From the NCBI GenBank assembly GCA_051362555.1, contig CM120640.1, forward strand, positions 17,546,001 to 17,610,000: a stretch of DNA of 64,000 nucleotides, read 5' to 3'. A program made the position numbers and the translations under genes. A model generated the notes under the pieces. It was not told the origin of the DNA and ran no database searches. It was given only the letters and a program-made list of their open reading frames with translations. The stretch is from Lingula anatina. Its lineage: Eukaryota > Animalia > Brachiopoda. Below, piece by piece: positions 1 through 11,800 of this stretch (its first letter is position 1; each line of letters begins with the position of its first letter).

Positions 1-1410
1 TAAATGTGACCTTAAAATTGACCTTTGACCTACTTTTCACCATGAACTGAACTTTGCAAATTTTGCTTCCGTTTTATCTCCAAAACTGGCAGAGATAGGT
101 CCATAGTTACTATTGAACTTGAATAGGAAGTCATATACTGGCAATCTAAATGTGACCTTAAAATTGACCTTTGACCTACTTTTCACCATGAACTGAACTT
201 TGCAAATTTTGCTTCCCTTTTATCTCCAAAACTGGCAGAGATAGGTCCATAGTTACTATTGAACTTGAATAGGAAGTCATATACTGGCAATATAAATGTG
301 ACCTTAAAATTGACCTTTGACCTACTTTTCACCATGAACTGAACTTTGCATGTAAAGCCCAATACTGGAGGTGGTCTCGGTTTTTTTTGTATTCCATACG
401 GTTTTCGAGTTACGCTGTATCAAAAAGTACATATTGGTGGTAAAAGCAAAATGTGCAGTACGGTAATGGATAATAAATTTTGAACTCTGGAAAAATAAAA
501 CATAAGGCTTGGCAAAGCAGACAACTTGTGTTCAAAAATGACATTATTTCATCAAACTTGAACTTCTGAAACTTCAGAGCACCTCCTATTTCAAGAATTT
601 TGACCAAAATGACATTTTCTTTATTTTAATTAATTTTTTCTGTTCGAAATTTAAGGCACATTATGGTAACTCCAAAATTATAACATTTAGTCCCTTATAT
701 CTCCAAAACTGGCAGAGATAGGTCCATAGTTACTATTGAACTTGAATAGGAAGTCATATACTGGCAATCTAAATGTGACCTTAAAATTGACCTTTGACCT
801 ACTTTTCACCATGAACTGAACTTTGCAAATTTTGCTTTCCTTTTGTCTCCAAAACTGGCAGAGATAGGTCCATAGTTACTATTGAACTTGAATAGGAAGT
901 CATATACTGGCAATCTAAATGTGACCTTAAAATTGACCTTTGACCTACTTTTCACCATGAACTGAACATTGCAAATTTTGCTTCCCTTTTATCTCCAAAA
1001 CTGGCAGAGATAGGTCCGTAGTTTCTATTGGACTTGAATAGGAAGTCATATACTGGCAATCTTACTGTGACCTTGAAATTGACCTTTGACCTACTTTTCA
1101 CCATGAACTGAACTTTGCAAATTTTGGTTTCCTTTTATCTCCAAAACTGGCTGAGATAGGTCCGTAGTTACTATTGGACTTGAATTGGAAGTCATATACT
1201 GGCAATCTATATGTGACCTTCAAATTGACCTTTGACCTACTTATAATCATGAACTGAACTCTGCTAATTTCTTTCTCTTTTAACTCCAAACCTGGCAGAG
1301 ATGGGTCCATAGTTACTATTGAAGTTGAATAGGAAGTCATATACTGGCAATTTACTGCGACCTTGAAATTGACCTTTGACCTACCTTACGATGAACTTAA
1401 CTTTGATTGT
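1..1410. repeat. 146-bp tandem satellite array (about 8 units, interrupted at about 350-690; runs off the 5' window edge)
   Basis: Unit starts TAAATGTGACC at 1, 147 and 293 (period 146) and resumes at about 695-1405. TGACCTTTGACCT occurs 8 times. Units diverge more toward the 3' end. Confidence 0.95.
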
Positions 1411-1597
1411 ACCATTTTAAGTTATATATATTTTTTGCGTATTTTGAAAATTCTTGTTGATTGCATTTTTATAGCTTGTCAAGCATAAGACTGGTGGCTG
1501 TGTCCCTTATTTTGTGTATGTGGGGGTCTATACGAATGCGCTTGCTCCAGCTGGTGGTACAATATTCGGAGGCGGTATCGCCTCTCTGATCCTCTAG
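1..1597 (+). mobile_element. 3' part of a non-autonomous Helitron/Helentron-type element carrying the internal 146-bp array
   Basis: GC-rich hairpin GAGGCG-gtat-CGCCTC at 1569-1584, followed 9 nt later by CTAG (1594-1597) and TTT. This is the canonical Helitron 3' terminus layout. Confidence 0.65.
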
Positions 1598-2539
1598 TTT
1601 GTGATGCAATTAAGTGTTTCAATTACTTATTAAAAGCAGCCAGGTGTGACTGGCAGAACAACAACTGATAGATTGGCCTGTTAATATCAGACATTAATGG
1701 CATGTTGTCTAAAATAAGGAATAGAATGGAGAGTGGCTGCCAGCTTGTATATTGTAGAGGTAACAAGTGTGAGAGACAAACACGAGTGTGATGTAAGATC
1801 ATATTTGATTTATAAAGAGACCTGTCTAGAACAGTTACTGTAGGTAAATTCATCAAATATGAGTCTGGAATGCCATAGTAAAATTCACACATGCAGTGGG
1901 TACGTTAGCGAATGAAATTGATGCATTAATGAAATCAGTTTGTTTGGATTGCGCTGCCTGTTGGCAGCTCTGTTTTGAAGAGCAGCGATTCTAATTGACA
2001 TTTGAACAGTGAGCTGATCATCAAATAAAAGTGGGTGGATAAGAATTTTCAAATTTGCATAAATCATATGGACAACTGAGATGAAGGGAATTGTAAAGCC
2101 ATAAAATATATGAGGGTTTAAGATATTGGCAGCATGTTGTGTGAAAACTATTGATTACTGACTGGGACGGAGTCAGGAAAGATAGAATCTATCTTCTCAG
2201 GCAGGCTTCAGTGGCTAATGGGAAATTAGGATCAAAGGATTCAAGCCAACAAGTTTCTTGGCTATTTGACGTTCATACTTAAGAAAGAGACAGTCAAGGG
2301 TCGCATTTAGCTCAAAAGAACAATGACTTGGAAGAAAAAGTACTTGTATTTTCACTGAAGACTCTGATAGCTGTAAGGTAGGATAAATTGTCTTTGTATT
2401 GCTAAGGAGAAAGAGTCCAAAAGACAACTTGGTGTGGTTTGTTTGTTATTCAAATATTTTTAATTGTACTATTGTCATAAGCCTTGCATTAATTGTTGTT
2501 CATAAAGGTGACTAATGTAACGAAAGCATGCAATTTTTC

Positions 2540-2965
2540 ACAGCAACAAACACAAATAAAGCATAGATAAGATATAATGCAATGCATATTGATGAGATTA
2601 TAGGCTGTTATCTTTGCAGATGGATTAGGATGATTTCTGTCAGGTTATTGTTAAGATAGCTTGAAGGTTGAATGTCTGGGATAAGCAGCAAAATCTGCTC
2701 TGCTCTTAAATCATGCCTTGCCGCTCAATAGAGGAGAGAGAATGCAATATGTCACAGAAACAAACACAAATAAGACATTTTGACCAAAGTGTAAATGCAA
2801 TACGTATTGATGAGATTATAGGTTGTTATTTTTGCAGTGGATTGGGATATGGTTTCTGTTTTTTTTTTTTTTTTTTTTTTTTTTTGTTAAGATGGCTTGA
2901 AGGTTGAATGTCTGGAATAAGCAGCAAAATCTGCTCTGCTCTAAATTCATGACTTGCTGCACAAC
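2540..2965. repeat. Imperfect tandem duplication (two copies of about 215-230 bp)
   Basis: ATTGATGAGATTATAGG...GCTTGAAGGTTGAATGTCTGG...AAGCAGCAAAATCTGCTCTGCTC appears at about 2588-2706 and about 2806-2941. The second copy contains an expanded poly-T. Confidence 0.9.
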
Positions 2966-3098
2966 ATAGGTGAAAGATAACAATATTATTATGTGGGAAT
3001 GGCATTTGTTGTTTTAGGTTAATATGCTTCTAGGGTTTCACCCTTTTATTTCAAGTGCTTACATGCTTCCAATGTTTGGGATCTTTATTGCATAGGTC

Positions 3099-3143
3099 CT
3101 AAACTAAAGTAAACTAAACTAAACTAAACTAACTAAACTAAAC
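3099..3143. repeat. (CTAAA)n microsatellite
   Basis: Direct reading of ctaaactaaagtaaactaaactaaactaaactaactaaactaaac. Confidence 0.85.
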
Positions 3144-3819
3144 TTGATTTAGAAAATTGCAATGTATAACATTATTTCTCCCTAGTTTCAGATATGTTAA
3201 AGATTGAAATGTTTTCAAAAAATTAAAAATATTCACAATGATATAGCAATAAAAAATCATAAAGCCATTATTGAAATCTCAATATTATTGCTCAGCCAAG
3301 TTGCTTTTTCTAAATTTCTCTATTGTTTGCTGACTATCAATTTCACCTTTGAAAGTATAAGACAGTACAAGGAAAACTGTCAGACTGTGACTGCAAGTTC
3401 AATGACATTGATTGCATGTCTATACTACAATTCATCTTCTTCCTGACTTTCCTTTGTAAATTAAGTGATCTTACGTGTGGTCATGTTTTATAACCTGCAA
3501 GATCATGCTACAGATTGCAACATCGTGCTATTGACTGTGGAGTTATTTATCCTTGATTATGGAAAATTAGCAAGACAATGTCTGGCAGACAGTGAAGACG
3601 GCAAAGTGCCTGGAAAGTGGAAAATGAAGATTGCATGAGCACATGCCATATCTTCTTTTAGTCCTTGAGATATCTTTATATGTTTTTTTTTTTATTCTGT
3701 TATATGTTTTCAAGATTTACCATCTTTAGTTAATCATACAAGTAAACTTTACAACAAGAAGACAACTAACTTTTCCAACTTTTGAATCAACAATCTGAAC
3801 ATTACTTACAAAACATTTA

Positions 3820-4501
3820 GGCCATTCACATTAGAAAGTTAACCGCAGTGGAGTTAACTCCGATTGAATCGCAGTCAACCAAAACAAGATTACTTGCATT
3901 CACACTGATCCCGGCAGTGATCAGTAGCGATAGAATTTCAGCAATCGTACTTCCTGTTCAGCATGCGCTCTATTGTTCAGATAAGTAAAAATCCGACCCT
4001 TTATATTTAAATGATTCTATTTCAGATATATTACTTTACCGCATAACGGTGACAAAAGATAAGATACCATAATTCTACATGTAGGCATGGTGATACAGAT
4101 AACCTAAGGCCTATTTTGCTACAGACCGTTTTATTCTTGGCGCTTCCTGCTAATTTACGTTGTACCTCACTCTCTGGCCATATGGCGAGGAGGCCCTTGA
4201 CGGCATCCTCAGACCATGATTCTCTTTTGCTGCTACTGATACTCATAGTACTCAAATAGTTGCGAGAATTTCTTGCGAAGGAGATCAGTTGATTAATTGC
4301 CCACTTGTGTGCATGCTTTCCATATGTAAACAATCCGGTCTTGACCGCGATTTGGAGTTAACTCTGATTTAACCCAGCTCCCGATCTGGGTTTATTTCGA
4401 CCATGGTCAGGGGTACTTCGTCCGTTCACATTAGAAAAGTTAACTGCGATAGGACTGAGGTCAGGCCTTGACCGCAGTTGAAAGTGCTAGTGTGAATAGC
4501 C
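3820..4501 (-). mobile_element. Non-autonomous PIF/Harbinger DNA transposon with a Myb/SANT-like (trihelix) remnant
   Basis: TIRs GGCCATTCACATTAG (3820) and CTAGTGTGAATAGCC (ends 4501), flanked by TTA and TAA. The internal ORF 4031-4333(-) encodes SWSEDAVKGLLAIWPESEVQRKLAGSAKNKTVCSKIGLRL, which resembles the Myb/SANT-like DNA-binding protein of Harbinger elements. Confidence 0.8.
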
Positions 4502-7500
4502 TAATTGTTGTGTGCAAATTTGGTAATTTATTAATCATTGTTTGTATTAAATGAGTAATTGTATATTTAATTTAAAGCGTTTTAAAGTGTCTGCTAATGA
4601 ATCCGTGAAAAGTGATTGAGACTGCTGAATATATTTTTTCTGACTAGATATAATTTGGATATTTTAAATTTATACTTGATCGGAGAAATCTGTAGACAGG
4701 AATATACAGGTACTATTCCAACTGATTAAGGTGCAGTATTTATATATTTCCTTCACAGATCAATTACATGTCATGCTAAATCAATAGACAGGATGTATAT
4801 TGGTGTATATCCTGCTTTTTGTCTATTTTTTATTTTTGCATGAGCACCAAATAAGCAATTATGTCAGCTTGAGGCATCAGAGTTCCATGAGGAAGCCAAG
4901 ATGCATGTAGAAGCTATGGCTTTTCATTATATTATCTTCAACAAAAAAAGGAAAATAATTGGATTTACCTGAATATCCCTTTAAAGAAAAGGTCATATCA
5001 GAGATTGAGAAAGGTTTTGGATCTTATGTTGATTACTTTAAACACAATTTCCTAACTTCATTCACAGCATTTTGATTTGAATTTTTCAATATCTGTCCTG
5101 GTTTCTCTTTAAGTAGATTTTGATGAAAGGTCTCGGTTTAGGTGGTGACTGCTGATTGATTTATTACCCGCCCCTAGAGAAAACTGTCCACAGTCTCTTA
5201 GTATTCAATTGATTTTGGGTCAAAGTTTCCTGTTCATCACAAAAGTGCATTAGTTACCTGTCCTTAGCTTGCGAGTACTGCATTTTGATATATTGTTTGT
5301 CAAACAAAGAATCTCTTAACTTAATTGTGTATTCGGGTTTTATCTAGACTCAAAACACTTTTCATAAATTTTCTTTCTTTCTTTGTTTTGGTGCCCTTCA
5401 GAATATTTGCCATTTACATTCAGTTTGGTACCTGCATTTCGCAATATTACAAATGACTAAATATGTATGTGTGTGTGTTTTGTTTTGAAGAAAGTGCAGC
5501 ACATTGCAGTGGAATTACATGGTAAATGTGTTAGTGATTCTAAGAGAAGACAGTGGTCATTTGGGACTCTACTGTAGCATTAACACATCTAAGATTTGCC
5601 ATTCATGTTTTACATAGTATTTAGCCTATGTTTCAGTTGACTAAGAAATTGCTTGTTGTTTAGTGAATCAGTAAAAAAATCATCAGACCTGTTTACTACG
5701 TGGGTCAAGCTATTAGGCGATCCATCTTGTAGAATGTAAGTGCTTTACCTGGTCATGCTGTGTTTTGATGCTTCAGTTGTTTCTCCAGTTGTGCCAACCA
5801 AAGTGTTTGCCTGTTAATCACTTTAAAAAAAGCACACCTAGTCAAGTGGCTTTAATGTCTTTGTTTGAAAAGCACTAATAATTTAGAATCGATAATAATG
5901 AGAAAAACGGTGAGTCAGCCCCAGGTGAGCAGAAGAAACCTTGCAGCTATGGAAGTGCCTAGACCTTTGGAGGGTCTTTCCTTTAAAAGATCAGTGGATT
6001 AATTGATTTTACAAAAAAATGATTGGAGTGAAACCTCATCAGATCTTCTACCTGCTCTGATAGTCCATTGTAAGGGTTCTGTGGTATGGCAGGATACATG
6101 GAGACAAACACATTGTCCTTGTTACCTACATGCACTGATCTGATGATGCAAAGCTGATGAATGGTTGACTGCATTTTAAGACAACTTTTGTTTATTGTTT
6201 TTCATAAATTGTATCACTTGAAAAAATTAGTTATCAGTATATGTCAAGAAAATAATTAAATTTGCAGAAAAAAGTGGGTATTTTTGATGGTTTTATAAAT
6301 GGTTAATTACACAAAGTCAAATATCATTGTTTACTGATTGTTTCACCAAATATTTAATGTAAGACATGTCTTTTAGACTGTCCTATGCAACTCAAATGCC
6401 TTACACAACAGATCCATAGGCGTGGGGGATAAAAAAAAACTGCCTTTTCTGATTAGAATCAAAATTTGACTTATTGTATGTTCTTTATGCCATTTCTGAA
6501 AGACCCTTACATTTAAACAAAAAGAGCTGACTGTGCAACACAAACAGTATCTGGCCAAACATACCATCCTAACCAACACCATAATTTAATATTTGAACAG
6601 GGTTATGTTTGGACAAATTAACTCTTATCATGGTCTACTGAATATTTTGAACTGGAAATTTAACCAAAAGGCTTATGTAAGTTAATCTCCTGTCATGGCC
6701 AGTTTGGCATTCACTTAGATGGTTCCTGGGATCTTAATAATTGTTCCTAATACTGCTGAGCACCAATAATGCCAATAAAATCAGTCTGCATAGTGACAGG
6801 TCAGGCCAGAGAAAGGTTAGGCAATCAATATGAGCATGAACACAATAAAATAACCAAAAGCATTATCTACAGGGATGAAGATGGTTATTGCGCATTAGTA
6901 TTACATTCTGATAAAACTAATCAAGCCATTGAAAGTATGAGTGACGGATCAGTTCATAAGTTTAAGTGCATCATTAGTTATTTTGTAGTCCACATGAAGG
7001 ATTATAGGCCTAGAATATTGACCATTATCATTTGGTGGAAAGTGTCTCTATAGATTTCACACTGGGAATGCGATTTTTATTTGACTTTCATGATATAAAG
7101 GGTAATTAGGTAAAAATGGTGATGGTTTTTGTTGTGATTCGCTGATGAATGATTAACACCATTGTAAATTATTTTGTGAACATGTATCAAGTAATAAATG
7201 ATGATTTCTAATCAAAGTACTGGAGTGCCAAGAACCAATAGCCTCTCGATGATGAGGCACTTCTAATAAACTCCCCTCTGCACTTCCAGCATATCTTTCA
7301 CAAGGAGATATTGGTTTAATTCTTGTTCCATTTATATCGCTTATTATTAATTTGATAGATACTGGCCAGTGACTTGGTTACAGATACTTTGTAACAAAAA
7401 GAATGAACTCTCATGCTTTTTTGTGTACTATTTCAGAAAAATTGTTTGACACATTTGTGTTTAATTAAAGTTGGCATGAAGTATGAGTGGATAACTTGAT

Positions 7501-8815
7501 TAATAAATTTTCTTCCATCTTTCAAGGAAACGTCGAACAAGTTTTGTAAAAAAAAAAAATCAAATTAAAGAGTATCTGCCATGCAAGGGCACTTGTGATT
7601 GATTTTTTTCTGACTGAGATTGGACCAGTAATAAGATTAATTCTTTGATAAAGTATTGGACAGTTGTCTTGTGCATCAGGAACATGCATGCCAGGTAGTG
7701 TCAGCTCAGGCCAGGGAGGAGGGAGAAATCTTGATGGATGACTGCCCAAAATAACTTACTGATGATTGCTGTGTGTTTGTATTTGCCCACCACGCCAGAT
7801 TAGTCAACAGCTATATGACCTGTCATAAATCTGTAGGATCTCATATTAATGTGACGTAGTGTTGGAGGTTATCTTTTATAATTGTTCCTCCATTTAAGTG
7901 CCACCCTTTTCTAAAAATATCATCAAAACTATTGGCTGTTGTCATAGAGATATAGTTTAAGCTGTTTCAGCGGTGGATCAATTGGGCCCATTGCACAGGT
8001 TGTGGCATTGCCTAGGAAACGTGGAGCGGAGAACCCAAAACTTGATCAGTTCTGTACTTACTATGATGTAGAAATCAATCAATTAAAGTGGGACATCTCA
8101 CAGTCAGGGGGCAAGTAATGCATGCTCACGGGATGCAGCTTGCTTCATTGATTTTCGGGCAATTGCTACCAAGAGCTGGTTAGAGGATGGTATTTAGAGC
8201 TGAGCTTTGCTCACTTTTTTTTTTTTTTATTGAGGGCTTGGTTCCATTTATATCTTGGTGAAGTAAAAGTGGTAGGGATTGGAAGGGGGGAGATCCCCTG
8301 AGTTTGCTCCCAGACAAATAATCTGGCAACTTTATGCAACTTATCAATAGAGGATGAACCAAGTAGCAGTATATGTAGCACGATAGGATGACACTTGCTG
8401 GCGGTTAGATATGGATATTTCCTGAATCACTAGTTAGTATTTGCGTTGATTAATCAAATCTGTGTGAGCACTTTGTTTGTTAAAGGGAGTAGGCAAACCA
8501 TATGCTTTTCAGCCGACAGACCTTTATTGGATGTATGAAAAGTTTCCAGTAGAAGAGGCAGTTATTACTCGCAATTACTATAGACTGAAAAAAAATCCAG
8601 GGTACTTAGCGAGAGTTGTAGTTGTGGAGGATGTAAAGAGTACCAGGGGTTTGCAATTTAATATTTTCCATGCAAAAAAGGGGCCAGATATCAACTCATT
8701 TGCAGGTGTAAATTTTCTTGTGTGGGTGGTGGATATTGCTGTGTTGGAAAACGGCAAGTCTGATAAAGAAAGATAACTACCACAGCACAGGAGGTAAATA
8801 CTGGAAGTAGGAAAC

Positions 8816-11800
8816 ATGGACCAGTATAATTTAACTTTCACCACATGTCCTGAAGTGGCCAGGATAGTCCAGACAGAGACCACTATTACCCTTCACTTTC
8901 TAACTCCCATACGGAAAGATGGGTGTCGGCTGGCCATGCCTCAGGGAATCAGGACGGATCTGGCCATGGAGTACCCTGGGAGCAGGACCGAGGATAACAT
9001 GACAGGACGCTATAATATCACCTCAGGCTCAGGGATACAAAATGGCACACACAGTGGAGGTAAGAAACTGAAATATGAAAATTTGGGAAGTCTGTATCAA
9101 TAAATAGGTATGACCCCTAGTAAAAAAATACTTGTGATAATAGAAGTGATTAATATGCTTTTTATTAGGTTTGTTGTGATTCTTTCAAAATAGATTCCAG
9201 CAAGAGCAAGATGCATTTTTAGTAAGTCTACATAAAGTGGATCAACCCAGTGAATTATTCTTGAAGAAAGTAAATGTTTCTGTGTGTTAAAGTGCCTGGT
9301 ATTTTCAACATAGGCTCTATAAGGGAAACAGTGAACGGTCTACTAATATTATTTTCCCATACATGCCGCTGAAGTAGAGATAACTGGAAATTGAACTGAA
9401 GCATCTGAATTTGATGGGGTTTCAATCAATAGTATACATTTTTCGGCCCTTCCATTTAATTTCATCATTTTGAAAAAAAGAAAGAAATTTATTGCAGATA
9501 AAGTTGCACTGGGAAATACAGTTTCTGTGTTGTTATGTGTCCCACTATGGTGTAAATGGCAGGGTTATTGCATCTAGTGTCATAGGTGGTTGACCTCTCA
9601 TACATTTTTAAAGAGTTCATATGCTGTATCACACCAATACAGGTCCGATCACTCTGAATACTATTTGGTGCGAAAATTGCATTTTTCCCTTGGGATAAAG
9701 TGTGGAGAATTGCAGCTGAGAATTGCAAATATTGATATATTCATTGTGTATGTGTGCAAATACTGTCCAGATCACTTCATGTTCCACATGTTTCACCTAC
9801 TGCAGGGGAGTTGAATAAGGGTGTTTTGAGGTTTTTCGTTTTAAATATAAGGCTTATTAAATCATGAATAGATGAGCATTCTGAGCCCATTTTGCAATAC
9901 ATGGGTTGCTGACCGTAGAGCAAAAACACTTTTCACTGTGTTTATCAAGTGTTAAGGCAACAGTAAAGGGAATCAATAAAATATAAAAATGACCATTGCC
10001 TATAGAAAACATTTCGCACAAGAATTACGAGCAGGAGGAATAAAATTCCCACGTCTGTCGTTCTACTTCTCAAATGTATCAAGTTCTATTAATTAGAAAT
10101 TAAGAGAGAGGATCAATCCCCATTGGTCATTAAGAATTCGTTTGAGCTTTTTCCAAAGCTCTTTGAAAAGGATGAGCTGAGAAAATGTCTACTGTTAATC
10201 TATCTTTTGGCTAGCTTATTAAACAAAAATGAATTTAAAAAAGCCTGTATAGTGGTAGAAATGGAAATGCCAGACAGTTTTGTTGCTGTGGGATAGTGCG
10301 GAATACTTATAATTATCCCAATGGCATACATAAGCTTAGCTGTTTTGTGATATAATGAATCTTAATTTCAATGAAAAAGGTACTTAGGATTTGGTTATTT
10401 AGGATTTGTAGGTGTGATCTGAATTATTTGATACTACAATACCTGAGACAAAATAGATGTTTGAGATAGTATACCTTTTAAAGGCATTTTTTGCACAATC
10501 GAAGACAACACTGCATGTATTCTTCATATAGTTTTCGGATTGAAAGTAGAATGAAGTGATGGTTGATAAAATGGCAGTTTTTATTTTGTTTTGTTTGCCC
10601 CTTTTGTGGTATATTTATTGATTGTTTTTAATATTTCACCTGGTTTTAGCTTCAGGAATTAAGCAGTATCAATCTAAATCTTGCTAAAGGTATAGTTGCT
10701 TATTTCCCCTGTAGTAATTTTCTAAGATGTTCGATCATTTACTTAATTTTGAGACAAAGGACTCAAAAAGTGTTTTTATTTTCAAATAAACAGTTTTTGT
10801 TCTCAGTTTCGTTAAGTGCACTTGGAAGTCTTTTGCAATTGAAAAAAATCCATGTTAAAAATACATTTATTAACAATACAAAGGTTGCTTTAGTACACAC
10901 AACAAACAGGAGAAAGACATCCTGAACACAGATATCAAAGAAAGTTGTCTTGTCCTTTGGCATTTTTGTCCATTTACATCCTGAATTAGGCAGAGGATGC
11001 AGTCAGTGACAAGCCTTATTTCTTAACAAGATACATGAGAAACGATGTTTTTAAGAAACATGAATAACTAATCAGTGTCTTAGGCAAAAGTGAATATTTC
11101 TTTGCTTCAGTATATTTTGATTAAGTGGTTGTTGTATTGCCTGAGCAATATCCTTAGATTTGTATTTTACTTTTTTTGAGGCATTTTAGATATTTGATTT
11201 TTCCCACTTCCCCTTTTTTTGTTTTTGGAAAGGTGCCACTGAAGAAAGCATTATTTCCCATTTTAGAGTTGAAATGTGATTTGCACCTTTTAAGTACAGA
11301 CATCTGAAATTCAAAATACTTGGTCATCTCTCAAAATCAATTTCTCTTCCATTTTGTCGAGTGGTAAACCCTGTTTCCTAGCCACTATAATAATTATTAT
11401 TTTCAAAAACAGTGGGCAATATTTAATGAATTTTGGATAATGTTGTGAAATTAGAAAAATCTGCATATTGTGGGCTTGCTATCAAGTTAGTAAACACTGT
11501 AATTCTATTATTGTTTGATTTTTAAAAATTTGTAACAAGATGTTCATATTTATTTTGTAGCTTTTGTTTGAAATTCCTTTTTTCTTTTAAAGTTGATTGT
11601 TGAGCTACAACAAAATACCAAAAAAATTTAATATACACCTTTTCTCATAAATTGATTAATCAAAACTTGTATGGCTGGAACTCCTACACAACCTGACAAT
11701 GCATGCTCAACTCATGTGTAGGAAAACTTAAAGAAGGGAAGCACATTCATATTTTAGTTAACTTTTTTATGTTAAAGTGATGACTTCATTTTTCAGTCTG

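Noticed and set aside
1-1410. Regular repeats as a possible CRISPR array, and ORF 1098-1340
   Set aside because: Units are contiguous 146-bp copies with no unique spacers, no cas genes are present, and the context is eukaryotic. The ORF is a translation of the satellite.
5898-5930. ATG AGA AAA ACG|GTGAGT as an alternative Syt7 first coding exon
   Set aside because: Both nearby donors are phase 0, which is out of frame with the phase-1 acceptor at 22517. It could only be a UTR or uORF exon, and there is no further support.
8477-8776. 99-aa ORF upstream of the putative Syt7 first exon
   Set aside because: It has a non-ATG start, no recognisable domain and no convincing splice partner.
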